Both the position numbers and the translations under genes were made by a program. Positions 18,377 through 28,613 of a stretch of DNA of 64,000 bases are shown here, piece by piece. How positions within the stretch are numbered: position 1 is the first letter of the stretch; each line of letters begins with the position of its first letter. This DNA comes from Synechococcus sp. (GTDB taxonomy: Bacteria > Cyanobacteriota > Cyanobacteriia > PCC-6307 > Cyanobiaceae): NCBI GenBank assembly GCA_047285535.1, contig JBJBDC010000001.1, positions 2,144,136 to 2,208,135 of the forward strand. The letters run 5' to 3'. Below the pieces are notes generated by a model that saw only the letters and a list, made by a program, of their open reading frames with translations, was not told the origin of the DNA and searched no databases.

Positions 18377-20605
18377 ATGGCAGAGCAAACGTCAAGTATT
18401 CGTAGTCAATGCCCTTACTGTGGGGTGGGATGCGGTTTGGACTTACGACCACCAGCACAGAAAGGAGAAGCTGTTCGTCGTGATGCTGAAGGAACTCCCA
18501 TGTGGAGTGCAAGAGGTGATCGGCTCCATCCATCGAGCCTTGGCCAGGTTTGTATCAAAGGAGCCACCGTCGGAGAAACTCTGTCACGTGGTCGACTGGA
18601 GCAACCACTTGGTCGAACCAGTCTTGACGAGGGTTTTCAGCCCATTAGCTGGGACGAAGCTCTGGAACGAATCGCCTGCCAAATCAAAACGAGCCTGCAA
18701 TCCAAGGGGCCGGACTCAATCGCCATGTATGGATCCGGACAATTTCACACCGAGGATTATTACATCGCTCAAAAACTCCTGAAAGGAGCATTAGGAACGA
18801 ACAATTTCGACGCTAATTCAAGACTCTGCATGAGTTCTGCGGTTGCTGGCTATACCCGCAGCTTGGGCTCAGACGGCCCCCCCTGTTGTTACGAAGATCT
18901 TGACCACTGCACTGTGGCTTTTCTCATCGGAACCAACACTGCTGAATGTCATCCAGTGCTATTTCAACGTTTACTGAAGCGAAAAAAAAAGCACCCTGGC
19001 AGCATCACCATCGTGGTTGTGGATCCACGCCAAACAGACACTGCCAAGGCAGCAGACATTCATCTACGGGTTACTCCTGGCAGTGACCTCGCCCTTCTTC
19101 ACGGCATTGCACATCTGGTAATGCGGGAGAACGGACAGGATTCCGTCTTTATTGATGAATGCACAAACAACTACGACTCCTTCTTCGATGTCGTTGCCCG
19201 TTGGACGCCTAGACGGGTGGCCTTATTTTGCGGAATTCCCGAAAAACATCTACGTGAAGTCGCACAACTCTTTCATCGCAGGGAGAGAGTATTGAGTCTG
19301 TGGTCAATGGGAGTGAATCAACGGCGAGAAGGTACAGCCGTTGTTGGTGGCATCATCAACTTACACTTACTCACAGGCCAAATCGGCAAAAAGGGCACAG
19401 GACCATTTTCACTCACTGGACAACCGAATGCCATGGGTGGCAGAGAAGCCGGCGGTCTCTCCCATCTCCTTCCTGGATACCGTCAAGTCACCAACCCGGA
19501 TCATCGCGCCGAAGTCGAAGACATCTGGAAGGTTCCGACTGGAAACATCTCAGCCAAGCCAGGACTAACCGCCTGGCAACAAGTTGAGGCGATGGAACGC
19601 GGAGAGCTGGATCTGTGGTGGGTGGCTGCGACCAACCCTCTCGTGAGCATGCCAGACCTGGAACGCTTGAAAGCCGCCATCAAGCACTGCCCTTTGGTCG
19701 TGGTCAGCGAGGCCTATGCAGACTCGGAAACTTCTCATTACGCCCATCTCCTGCTCCCCGCTGCTCAATGGAGTGAAAAAGCAGGAACCATGACAAATTC
19801 AGAAAGACGGGTGACCTATTGCCCAGCGTTCAGAAATCTCCATCGAGAAAGCCGTCCTGACTGGGAGGTCTTTGCAGACATTGGACGGCGCCTCGGCTTT
19901 CATCAACAGTTCACGTATCAGTCCTCAGCTGAGGTGTATGCCGAATACACGGCACTCACGGAAAACCGACTGTGTGATGTCTCAGGATTGAGTCATGAAT
20001 TGTTGGCCAAAGAAGGACCTCAACAATGGCCATTTCCTCAAAACAGCCCACCATCTGAAGGGTCAAAACGGCTTTACACCAATCAGCTCTTTCTTACAGC
20101 CAATGGCAGAGCTCACTTCTGTACCGACCAGCCACTTGGTTTGGCAGAACAACCCTGCGACACGTATCCACTTATTCTCACAGTCGGTCGATATCTAGGA
20201 CAATGGCACACAATGACACGCACAGCAAAGGTGCAGCGACTAACAGCAATGCACCCCGAACCACTGCTCGAGATTCATCCTAAGGATGCAGATCAATTTG
20301 CGATTAAACATGGAGAACTCGCAGGAGTCAGCTCACGTCGAGGACATCTAACTGCTCGTGCGAAGGTTACTGACCACATCCGAAAAGGCACAGTATTTTT
20401 ACCTATGCACTGGGGATTTACCCAAGCTCAAGCCTGTGAGGTGAATTCTCTGATGCATGATCAGGCTTGCCCGATCTCAAAACAACCAGAGCTGAAGGCT
20501 AGTGCGGTCATCGTGGCCCCAGCGGCTTCGATGATCAAACCAATCAAACAGGAAGGAAGACTCTTGGAAGGCATGCGCCGATTCATGACCCCATCACTTC
20601 GCTGA
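18377..20605 (+). CDS. narB: Ferredoxin-dependent assimilatory nitrate reductase
   Basis: CPYCGVGC...CIKG [4Fe-4S] motif, NNFDANSRLCMSSA, SLTGQPNAMGGRE, QWHTMTRT, CPISKQPELK. Confidence 0.97.
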   Translation: MAEQTSSIRSQCPYCGVGCGLDLRPPAQKGEAVRRDAEGTPMWSARGDRLHPSSLGQVCIKGATVGETLSRGRLEQPLGRTSLDEGFQPISWDEALERIACQIKTSLQSKGPDSIAMYGSGQFHTEDYYIAQKLLKGALGTNNFDANSRLCMSSAVAGYTRSLGSDGPPCCYEDLDHCTVAFLIGTNTAECHPVLFQRLLKRKKKHPGSITIVVVDPRQTDTAKAADIHLRVTPGSDLALLHGIAHLVMRENGQDSVFIDECTNNYDSFFDVVARWTPRRVALFCGIPEKHLREVAQLFHRRERVLSLWSMGVNQRREGTAVVGGIINLHLLTGQIGKKGTGPFSLTGQPNAMGGREAGGLSHLLPGYRQVTNPDHRAEVEDIWKVPTGNISAKPGLTAWQQVEAMERGELDLWWVAATNPLVSMPDLERLKAAIKHCPLVVVSEAYADSETSHYAHLLLPAAQWSEKAGTMTNSERRVTYCPAFRNLHRESRPDWEVFADIGRRLGFHQQFTYQSSAEVYAEYTALTENRLCDVSGLSHELLAKEGPQQWPFPQNSPPSEGSKRLYTNQLFLTANGRAHFCTDQPLGLAEQPCDTYPLILTVGRYLGQWHTMTRTAKVQRLTAMHPEPLLEIHPKDADQFAIKHGELAGVSSRRGHLTARAKVTDHIRKGTVFLPMHWGFTQAQACEVNSLMHDQACPISKQPELKASAVIVAPAASMIKPIKQEGRLLEGMRRFMTPSLR

Positions 20606-21041
20606 ACGCAGCATCCAAGTTGTGATGATCGTGGCCCGGACGAGCCAATTTGCACAAGGCAAAGCGCTCAATTTCCCATAAATCAGCCCATTGACCAACA
20701 CTGATCGAGATCGATCGATTCAAAGCCGCTTGCTGCACAACGTCTGGGACCATGACCACAATCTGCCAAGGCTCGTCCACAGCAGTAGGCAAATCTTTCA
20801 CCATCCCTTCAGCCGTGAACTGGGTGAACATTCTCAAGTGCTCGCGCAAACCATTCAACTCAGGCAAGTGATCAGGCCAATCGACCAGAGCTTGACGCTG
20901 CTCCCGAGTGAACTCCAACCAATGACTTAATTTTAGCTTGACTCCAATGAGATCTAGCTTCCGACGCACACACAGAGGAATGCAACGCCAGTTCCCCACA
21001 AAATCCATCTCAAAGTGAAAGCAATGACTTGCCTGATTCAT
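20583..21041 (-). CDS. narM: Nitrate reductase-associated maturation protein
   Basis: FEMDFVGNWRCIPLCVRRKLDLIGVKLKLSHW and RFALCKLARPGHDHHNL; convergent with and overlapping narB. Confidence 0.88.
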   Translation of the reverse strand: MNQASHCFHFEMDFVGNWRCIPLCVRRKLDLIGVKLKLSHWLEFTREQRQALVDWPDHLPELNGLREHLRMFTQFTAEGMVKDLPTAVDEPWQIVVMVPDVVQQAALNRSISISVGQWADLWEIERFALCKLARPGHDHHNLDAAFSEVMGS

Positions 21042-21352
21042 GCATTCAACAATTGATATTGTTCATTCTGAACCCTTCGACGATTTTGATGATTAAACGG
21101 TTTCAATCGCAACCTCGAGCAACAACAAGAGAAGAGAGCATTTAAATCTATTGGGAAATTTCAAGTGCGTTTCGCCGTTTCACTAGGTCTTCTTCTTGGT
21201 TCCATTCATGGTTGGCATACCAGCGAAGCGAATGCGTATTCATCGGCTCCCTATGGCTTGATGAATGTGAATTATCCTGGAGCTTTGGCACCATTGCGTA
21301 GCGATTCACTCAGCACGTTTCCATAGTGAGAGTCTGATACTTCCATTAGGAC

Positions 21353-21682
21353 ATGTCCTCTGGCGCCGTCTCTACGACAAATCGCAGCCAAATTGCAGTG
21401 GCTACAGGCTTTCTAGGAGCCTTCATTGTGGGTTCACTCGCAGTACAAATGATTCGCATCCAAGGTGGAGTTGTAATCAACAGCACAAGCGCCAGCACCA
21501 GAGCAAAAGTCGAACCGGTGGTCGCGTCTCCAGCCACCCTCTGGGCAGAGCTGGGATCCAGTAGCGATTTTATTGATCAACCATCAGCTTCATCAGCTGT
21601 TTCCAACCCGGCAGCCAAAGCCAATGTGAAGCCTGTCGTGGGCTCTGAAGCCACTCTTTGGTCCGACTTTGGCACCCGCTGA
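21353..21682 (+). CDS. Small single-TM hypothetical protein with a duplicated C-terminal motif (position matches the 'narX2' gene of picocyanobacterial nitrate clusters)
   Basis: Hydrophobic [18 protein letters not shown] segment; repeats [13 protein letters not shown] / [13 protein letters not shown]; ends 2 nt before moaC. Confidence 0.7.
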   Translation: MSSGAVSTTNRSQIAVATGFLGAFIVGSLAVQMIRIQGGVVINSTSASTRAKVEPVVASPATLWAELGSSSDFIDQPSASSAVSNPAAKANVKPVVGSEATLWSDFGTR

Positions 21683-21684
21683 TC

Positions 21685-22161
21685 ATGGGGCAAGGGTTCA
21701 CTCACCTCAACACTTCAGGCGAAGTACACATGGTTGATGTGGGTGATCGACCTCCCACTCGACGTGAAGCCAAGGCACAAGGCTTCCTGCAAATGCAGCC
21801 AGCAACCCTGGAAATGATCCGTTCCGGTAATACCCCAAAAGGCGATCTACTAGCCGTTGCCAGAGTCGCTGCCATTCAAGCCGCGAAAAGGACCTGGGAG
21901 CTGATTCCCCTCTGCCACTCCATTCCACTCAGTGGTGTTGGAGTGACGATTGAAGAGGATTCATCACTACCTGGACTCGTCATGTGTTGCCAATGCAGCA
22001 CAACCAGCAATACAGGCGTAGAAATGGAGTCAATGACAGCTGTCTCGATCGGCTTGCTCACGCTTTACGACATGCTCAAATCCATCGATCCAGGAATGAC
22101 AGTGGGTCAGATCTCACTGACACACAAGGAGGGAGGCCGCAACGGTGTCTGGTCCCGTTGA
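21685..22161 (+). CDS. moaC: Cyclic pyranopterin monophosphate synthase
   Basis: [42 protein letters not shown]. Confidence 0.97.
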   Translation: MGQGFTHLNTSGEVHMVDVGDRPPTRREAKAQGFLQMQPATLEMIRSGNTPKGDLLAVARVAAIQAAKRTWELIPLCHSIPLSGVGVTIEEDSSLPGLVMCCQCSTTSNTGVEMESMTAVSIGLLTLYDMLKSIDPGMTVGQISLTHKEGGRNGVWSR

Positions 22162-23404
22162 ACCCTACGGGCGAGAAGGGTTACCCCTCCCAGAAGCAAG
22201 ACAGCGACTTTTAAGGGAGATCAGTCCGATCAATGAAACAACAACCGTCGCTCTTGATAAAGGGCTTGGGCGAGTCAGTGCTCAGTCAGTCCACGCTCTT
22301 GCCTCGATCCCAGGGTTTCAAGCCTCGATCATGGATGGCTATGCATTAGGCCAACACCATCAACCAACTGTCGGTAACCACTGGACGCTTCAAGGTCGGT
22401 CAGCACCTGGCTCTCCATTTGATCAGGACTTAAATGCTGGGGAAGCAGTTCGAATTTTGACCGGAGCACCCCTTCCCAAAGGAGCCGGTTGGGTATTACC
22501 GCAAGAAATTGTAGAAGTCAGAGGGAATAGGCTGTCGTTGATGGTTGAAGCCTCTGACCAACCCTGGATAAGAGCCGAAGACGAAGAATGTAGAGCCGGG
22601 GATCAGTTACTCAGCGGGGGCCAACGCCTAACACCTTCCCACCTTGGACGCTTGGCCAGTTGCGGGGTATCCACACTTCAAGTGCACCGCAAACCTCGAA
22701 TTGGACTTCTTATCTCTGGTGATGAGCTCGTGCCAGCCGGAGTAGAGCGACCATCAGGAACCATATGGGAGAGCAATAGCACCCTCCTTGAGATGATCTT
22801 TCATCAGATCAACCAAGGGGTGTATGCACATCGCGTTGTTCCCGATCAACCAGAAATCTTGCGGCAGGCCTTAGAGGAACTCAGCAATGAATGTGATCTT
22901 GTCGTCAGCACGGGGGGGATTTCGGCGGGGGACAGTGACTGGATCCGAGCCCTTGTGAACGAAATAGGGCGCGTGACTTTCTGGAAACTCTTTCTAAAAC
23001 CTGGGCGCCCCTTCGCCTTCGGGCAACTGAAAAGCAAAGGAGGCGAGATTCCTTTTTTTGGTCTACCTGGCAACCCTGTTGCCGCAGCAATCACTGCACT
23101 ACAGCTCCTGTGGCCAGCCTTGCAAATTTTGGAAGGTCAGCTGGAGCCGGAATTATTTCCTCGCCTGAAGGTCACCCTTGCCAATTCCCTACCTCGCCGA
23201 CCAGGGCGACCTGAATTAGCCCGAGCTCGTCTGGAGGTCAATCCACAAGGAGAGCTCATGGCACGGGTGAGCGAATCGCAAGCCTCGTCCCGCATTGGCT
23301 CACTAGTCAACACTGATCTACTACTGGAGATTCCCGAAAACGCCGAACGGTTGGAGGCAGGTACGAGTCTTTGGTCACAACTGATTCGAACCCAACTTCT
23401 CTGA
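22145..23404 (+). CDS. moeA: Molybdopterin molybdotransferase
   Basis: [43 protein letters not shown]. Confidence 0.96.
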   Translation: MSGPVEPYGREGLPLPEARQRLLREISPINETTTVALDKGLGRVSAQSVHALASIPGFQASIMDGYALGQHHQPTVGNHWTLQGRSAPGSPFDQDLNAGEAVRILTGAPLPKGAGWVLPQEIVEVRGNRLSLMVEASDQPWIRAEDEECRAGDQLLSGGQRLTPSHLGRLASCGVSTLQVHRKPRIGLLISGDELVPAGVERPSGTIWESNSTLLEMIFHQINQGVYAHRVVPDQPEILRQALEELSNECDLVVSTGGISAGDSDWIRALVNEIGRVTFWKLFLKPGRPFAFGQLKSKGGEIPFFGLPGNPVAAAITALQLLWPALQILEGQLEPELFPRLKVTLANSLPRRPGRPELARARLEVNPQGELMARVSESQASSRIGSLVNTDLLLEIPENAERLEAGTSLWSQLIRTQLL

Positions 23405-23412
23405 CCATCAGT

Positions 23413-23829
23413 TCAAAGCAGCGAATTTTCGCTGATCCAAGTCCCTTGGCCATCCCTCCACTCCCTTTTCCAGAAGGGAGCCTGATGCTTGAGAGCCTCA
23501 AGTAAAGCAGCACAACAACGTTGAGCTGGGCCACGACGATCCGCCTCGACAGCCACAAGCACGATCGGCTCAGCAGGCAACAAGCGGCCAACCCGATGCA
23601 GCACAAGTGCTGCACTCGCTCCGTGAACCATTAAGAGCCGTTGCGCATCCCTACGAATCATCTCTTCGCACATTCCTGGATAATGTGTGAGTTCAAGCGC
23701 TTCAAGACGACGTCCATCGTGCGCAACATCACGCACGCGACCAAGAAAAGTAGCCGAGGCAGCAGTAACTGACGACCAAGCAGCCAAGTGAACCCAAGGA
23801 TCAAAGGGTTGAGTGTGCAGTTGAATCAT
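23413..23829 (-). CDS. moaE: Molybdopterin synthase catalytic subunit (start uncertain)
   Basis: ATFLGRVRD, HYPGM, LHRVG, LKHQAPFWKRE. Confidence 0.94.
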   Translation of the reverse strand: MIQLHTQPFDPWVHLAAWSSVTAASATFLGRVRDVAHDGRRLEALELTHYPGMCEEMIRRDAQRLLMVHGASAALVLHRVGRLLPAEPIVLVAVEADRRGPAQRCCAALLEALKHQAPFWKREWRDGQGTWISENSLL

Positions 23830-23854
23830 GATCTTCTGTGGGCATCTCATCCCT

Positions 23855-24109
23855 TCAACCCCCTGTAAATGGTGGAAGAAATGCGACTTCATCCCCGGTA
23901 TGAACAGGCGTAAGAGAATTCACCAACTGCTGATTCACCGCAACTTGCACTGTCAAAGGTCGAGGTCCAAGCTTCAATAAATTCCAAATATCCTCAGCGG
24001 TGACGACATCGCTCTCGGGGAGAGTGATGCATTGCTCCTGCCAGCCAGCTTGATCTCGAAGAGAAGCAAACAACAACACCTGAAGAGTTCTCTCCTGGGA
24101 TTTCGTCAT
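23855..24109 (-). CDS. moaD: Molybdopterin synthase sulfur carrier
   Basis: VLLFASLRD, VAVNQ, GDEVAFLPPFTGG (C-terminal GG). Confidence 0.95.
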   Translation of the reverse strand: MTKSQERTLQVLLFASLRDQAGWQEQCITLPESDVVTAEDIWNLLKLGPRPLTVQVAVNQQLVNSLTPVHTGDEVAFLPPFTGG

Positions 24110-24159
24110 AAAGAAAATCTGCAAGTGCTGTTTCGTTTTAGCGTTAGATCCCTCGCACG

Positions 24160-24669
24160 ATGCTTGAGCTGGCCCTCTCGATTGCTCTTCTCACAATCTC
24201 TGACCGTCGAACCAGAGAGACTGACACTAGCGGGGATGCGCTGGAACTACGCCTTACTGCTGCTGGCCATCAACTTGCCGATCGAAGAATCTGCCGTGAT
24301 GATCGCTATCAAATCCGATCCGAACTGAGTCAGTGGATTGTCAATCCAACCATTGATGTGGTGATCACTAGCGGCGGCACAGGACTCACAGGCCGAGACG
24401 GTACCCCTGAAGCGGTCCTTCCCTTACTGGACAAAACGATTGATGGCTTCGGAGAACTGTTCCGTGTTCTCTCTTTCGAAAGCATTGGCACCAGCTCGCT
24501 GCAAAGTCGATGCCTCGCTGGCGTAGCCAACGGCACCATCGTCTTTGTTTTACCTGGGTCTCTAAATGCTGTTCAAACGGCTTGGGACCGAATTATTGCC
24601 AGCCAACTGGACACTGAAACCAGTCCTTGCAACCTTGTACAACTGCTACCTCGATTGCGCGAAGTGTGA
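24160..24669 (+). CDS. moaB: Molybdenum cofactor biosynthesis protein B
   Basis: LTISD, DTSG, TSGGTGLTGRDGTPEA, LQSR, VLPGS. Confidence 0.94.
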   Translation: MLELALSIALLTISDRRTRETDTSGDALELRLTAAGHQLADRRICRDDRYQIRSELSQWIVNPTIDVVITSGGTGLTGRDGTPEAVLPLLDKTIDGFGELFRVLSFESIGTSSLQSRCLAGVANGTIVFVLPGSLNAVQTAWDRIIASQLDTETSPCNLVQLLPRLREV

Positions 24670-24934
24670 TGAGATCCACCGATGGACCTGTTTAGGCAGA
24701 CAAAAGACCTCGAGGACGTTGACTCTTTAACCCATTCGTACCGCTCTACCGTGAGGTGATCGAAAGGCATCCCCACTCAGTTTGTTGTTCAAAGCCGTCA
24801 GTCCTGTTTCCATTTCCCATCGGCAGAAGTCCCTGCAGACCGGGATGTTGGCGCGGAAATCGAGTGATCACTGAACTATGGATAAAGACCACTTGAAGTG
24901 GTCTACATCGGGTTTAGCAGCACTTTGGCAGGCG

Positions 24935-25723
24935 TCAGAAGGGAATCGGCATCGTTACATCCGCAGGCTCCGGTGCACATGCACTCACTTGGTAATTCAC
25001 CACATCTCCCACCACAACGATGGATGGAGACACAAAGTTTTTGGTTCGCGTTAGGGCTGCCACATCATGCAAGGGTGCACTGAGGCAACGCTGGCCTGCC
25101 ACCGTTCCCTGCTGAACAACCGCAACCGGTGTTTCAGCATCAAGACCACCAGCAATCAATTCTTCAGCAATTCGCGGAAGATTATGCAAACCCATATAAA
25201 TCACCAAGCCATCACTGGCTGTGGCCAGAGCCCGCCAATTCACCGAAGGGCGACGCTTATCAATTTCCTCATGACCTGTCACGAACGTGACCGACGACCC
25301 AGCACGACGATGAGTCACAGGAATTCCGGCATAGGCAGGAGCCGCAATACCCGCCGTGACACCAGGAACAACCTGAACTTGAATCCCGTGGGATACCAAA
25401 TGGGCCGCTTCTTCACCACCACGACCGAACAGAAAGGGGTCCCCTCCCTTCAATCGCACCACTGTTTGATAGCGCTTCGCTAACATCACAAGCACTGAAT
25501 TAGTGCTCGGCTGGGGAACAGAGTGATGGCCACGACGTTTACCCACAAAATGCCGTTTGCAACACTCGGGCACAAGATCAAGAACCTCACGCGGAACAAG
25601 TGAGTCATAGACAAGGGCATCGCAACTTCGGAGGAGACGATGGGCTTTGACCGTCAGGAGGTCGGGATCCCCTGGGCCCGCTCCTACGAGATACACAGTT
25701 CCTGTATTGGTCGACTCAGTCAC
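24935..25723 (-). CDS. cobA: Uroporphyrinogen-III C-methyltransferase (siroheme pathway)
   Basis: VYLVGAGPGDPDLLT, VRLKGGDPFLFGRGGEE, PGVTA, GIPVTHR; GTGA overlap with the upstream gene. Confidence 0.95.
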   Translation of the reverse strand: MTESTNTGTVYLVGAGPGDPDLLTVKAHRLLRSCDALVYDSLVPREVLDLVPECCKRHFVGKRRGHHSVPQPSTNSVLVMLAKRYQTVVRLKGGDPFLFGRGGEEAAHLVSHGIQVQVVPGVTAGIAAPAYAGIPVTHRRAGSSVTFVTGHEEIDKRRPSVNWRALATASDGLVIYMGLHNLPRIAEELIAGGLDAETPVAVVQQGTVAGQRCLSAPLHDVAALTRTKNFVSPSIVVVGDVVNYQVSACAPEPADVTMPIPF

Positions 25724-26406
25724 GGCAAAGCAGCAAGACAATTGATCAGACCCTGCCGCAGGGCGGGATCTTCAAGAAGGGTTGGGAGACCACCAGCCTC
25801 ACGCAGTACCTCCGACATCCGATTGGGTGCCAACGAAAGGGGCAAAGGAACCATTTTGGGATGGTCACGAGCAAACGCAGCCCAAGCGTCAAACGCTACC
25901 AAAGGCAGGTTCAGGCGACGCTGAATTGAAGCCAGAAAACGATCGGATACTCCTGAATGGAGTGGATGATGAACCAGTGCCAGACCCGGTTGATAGTGAG
26001 CAAGATCAGACGTCCATCGCACCACCAGCGACCACCAACTTTCCCAACTGCCAAGAAAGGGAAGGGGCCTCACGTTTGTCCCTTCACCTCTCAGACGATC
26101 ACGAATCTGCGGGACATCGATACGAACATGACTGCCAGGAAGTAAGAGCAGAGGAACAAGCCATTGACAGTCGCACCGCGCAGGCTGCTGCCGATCTGCC
26201 GTAAGAACTTCCAGCTCAACTTGAGACGAACGTCGCTCCGAGACAGCCATAACGATCTGATTCAAGCAAGAGGACACCAATCCCCCAGATCGACCATGGA
26301 TGACCAAACGAAGACCAACAGAGCGATCAGAATCGCCGCGATTACGTAACAACGGCCACGGATCAGGACCCCCTTGTCCTGATGTAGTCAGATGGTCACG
26401 ATGCAT
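25720..26406 (-). CDS. CbiX/SirB-like sirohydrochlorin chelatase-family protein (start uncertain)
   Basis: LVIHGRS and VPLLLLPGSHVRIDVP resemble CbiX motifs; coupled to cobA next to nirA. Confidence 0.7.
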   Translation of the reverse strand: MHRDHLTTSGQGGPDPWPLLRNRGDSDRSVGLRLVIHGRSGGLVSSCLNQIVMAVSERRSSQVELEVLTADRQQPARCDCQWLVPLLLLPGSHVRIDVPQIRDRLRGEGTNVRPLPFLGSWESWWSLVVRWTSDLAHYQPGLALVHHPLHSGVSDRFLASIQRRLNLPLVAFDAWAAFARDHPKMVPLPLSLAPNRMSEVLREAGGLPTLLEDPALRQGLINCLAALP

Positions 26407-26412
26407 CACTTC

Positions 26413-26592
26413 ATGGCCAATTACCGCAGAAGACATTCTCACGCCCAAAGGCAACAGACATCTCGGAACACACAAGCTCCAAAAAGATATCGCAATGATT
26501 TTGATCGCGACTTAGCAGCAATGGCAAGGGTTTGGTCCATGATCCGCCAAGGCGCTGTTCGCTGGATTGGTGAAATAGGTCGCCAATACTGA
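26413..26592 (+). CDS. Small basic hypothetical protein (59 aa)
   Basis: ATG ORF MANYRRRHSH...DFDRDLAAMARVWSMIRQGAVRWIGEIGRQY fills the gap before nirA; protein-like amphipathic C-terminus. Confidence 0.6.
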   Translation: MANYRRRHSHAQRQQTSRNTQAPKRYRNDFDRDLAAMARVWSMIRQGAVRWIGEIGRQY

Positions 26593-26693
26593 ATCAAGTT
26601 CTTGCCCATGCATTGCAGATCTATCGAGCCAGAAATCACAGCAGAATCATGTATCCATTTAGACAAAACCATGAGCTGACAATTGCCAGTTTT

Positions 26694-26736
26694 GTTCCAA
26701 CCGATACCGAAACATGGGTCCACAGATCGCTATAAA
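26694..26736 (+). promoter_or_regulatory. NtcA-type promoter of nirA
   Basis: GTTCCAACCGATAC (GTT-N8-TAC, 26694-26707), then 23 nt, then TATAAA (26731-26736). Confidence 0.65.
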
Positions 26737-26813
26737 TCGATGATCAGCACGCTATTCCTGATGTGCTGGAAATCTCACCTCCAGAAGAATTCCTGCTTTT
26801 AAGCATCAGTATT

Positions 26814-28355
26814 ATGAGTGTTCAAATACCAGCCAGGCCATTCCTAGAGGACAAAAAGCTCAACAAAATTGAGCAAAACAAGGCTTCTAAGGATGGCCTT
26901 CTTGTTGGAACTGAAATCGAAGAATTTGCACGTATTGGCTGGGAAGAAGTTGATGAAACTGATCTCCAGCTGAGGCTGAAATGGTATGGAATGTTTTGGC
27001 GCCCCAAAACGCCAGGCAAATTCATGCTCCGCCTGCGGATACCCAATGGCGTCATCAACAATCAACAGCTTAGAGTTGTTGCTTCTATTGTGGAACGCTA
27101 TGGGGACAATGGAAGTTGCGACATAACAACTCGTCAAAATCTTCAATTACGTGGGGTACTACTGAATGACCTGCCAGACATATTAAAACGCCTAAAAGAT
27201 GTTGGCCTGAGTACTATTCAATCAGGCTTTGACAACCCAAGAAACGTCACTGGAAACCCTTTGGCGGGCATTGATCCCAATGAGATCATCGATACACGTC
27301 CGTTCACAACTGAACTTCAAAATTTCCTCACCAATCATTGCGAAGGAAATCCTGAATACTCAAATCTTCCTCGCAAATGGAATACTGCTGTTGCCGGGTC
27401 TAAAGATAACTTTCTGCTCCACAATGACATCGTCTTTCATCCCGTAGAAAAAGATGGAGTCATGGGGTTTGGGGTTTGGGTTGGAGGAATTCTCTCCTCA
27501 CAAATGAATGCTTACGCCATCCCTTTGAACGCCTGGGTTAAACAAGATGAAATCTGCAAAATGACTGATTGTGTAATCCGTTTATGGCGTGACAATGGTG
27601 AGCGTGACAAGCGGCCCAAAGGTCGCTTTCGGATGTACCTAGACCAGCTCGGGATCGACACGTTTAGAAGCAAAGTCGAAGCGATCTTCGGCCCACTTGT
27701 AGAGGATCCTGGATCCGTTTTTGATACCACGCCACGTTCTCATTATGGAATTCATCCTCAAAAGAATACAGGTGAGTTTTACGCTGGTCTACACGTCAAT
27801 GTAGGACGACTGACAGCAAACGACCTTCACGATTTCGCCACTGCAAGTTTGGAGTATGGCAACGGTGAAGTGCGTCTAACAGAAGACCAAAATGTCATCA
27901 TCGTTGGAATTTCTACGTCCAATGTCGATCGGTTTAAAGCAGATCCCTTACTACAACGCTTTCCGCTTCATCCAGAAGCCATAGCTGCTGGAACGGTGTC
28001 CTGCACTGGCAACACCTATTGCAGCTTTGCACTCACAAACACTAAAGATCAAGCGATTGCAACAGCAAAAAAACTTGACGATGAACTCGAACTACCCGAA
28101 GAACTCAAAATTCATTGGACGGGATGCCCGAATACCTGTGGACAAGCTTTTATGGGTGCCATCGGACTCACAGGAACCAAAGCAAAAAACAGCGAAGGCG
28201 TGATGGGTGAGGGCTACAACCTGAGCATCGGAGGGTCTCAAGGAGAAAATCCACAAATTGGAGAAGTACACCAAAAAGCAATTCCCGCTGACGAGATCCA
28301 CAGCGTATTGAAACAAGTACTCATCGAGCAATTTGGCGCCAAGCCCAAAGCCTAA
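26814..28355 (+). CDS. nirA: Ferredoxin-nitrite reductase
   Basis: RLKWYG, FMLRLRIP, ITTRQNLQ, NLPRKWN, SCTGNTYC and WTGCPNTCG siroheme/[4Fe-4S] cysteines. Confidence 0.98.
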   Translation: MSVQIPARPFLEDKKLNKIEQNKASKDGLLVGTEIEEFARIGWEEVDETDLQLRLKWYGMFWRPKTPGKFMLRLRIPNGVINNQQLRVVASIVERYGDNGSCDITTRQNLQLRGVLLNDLPDILKRLKDVGLSTIQSGFDNPRNVTGNPLAGIDPNEIIDTRPFTTELQNFLTNHCEGNPEYSNLPRKWNTAVAGSKDNFLLHNDIVFHPVEKDGVMGFGVWVGGILSSQMNAYAIPLNAWVKQDEICKMTDCVIRLWRDNGERDKRPKGRFRMYLDQLGIDTFRSKVEAIFGPLVEDPGSVFDTTPRSHYGIHPQKNTGEFYAGLHVNVGRLTANDLHDFATASLEYGNGEVRLTEDQNVIIVGISTSNVDRFKADPLLQRFPLHPEAIAAGTVSCTGNTYCSFALTNTKDQAIATAKKLDDELELPEELKIHWTGCPNTCGQAFMGAIGLTGTKAKNSEGVMGEGYNLSIGGSQGENPQIGEVHQKAIPADEIHSVLKQVLIEQFGAKPKA

Positions 28356-28613
28356 GCGTAGAAAATCTGATCAACGGATGAACATCGTGGCGCTTTTTTT
28401 TGAAGCCATGATTCCACCGATCTGTAACACAACCCTTTATTGGTTTCACAATGACTCGTTCAAGTGATTTTCTCACTCGGTTTGTTAATTGGCTGAGTAC
28501 TAGTGGTGCAGACAAAGCACCAATTAGCACTAAACCCGCCAATCAAGATTTCTTTTCTCGCTTGATGAATCGCGTCAGCGGTTGATCACTTTCAATCCAT
28601 TAATAACTCAATT

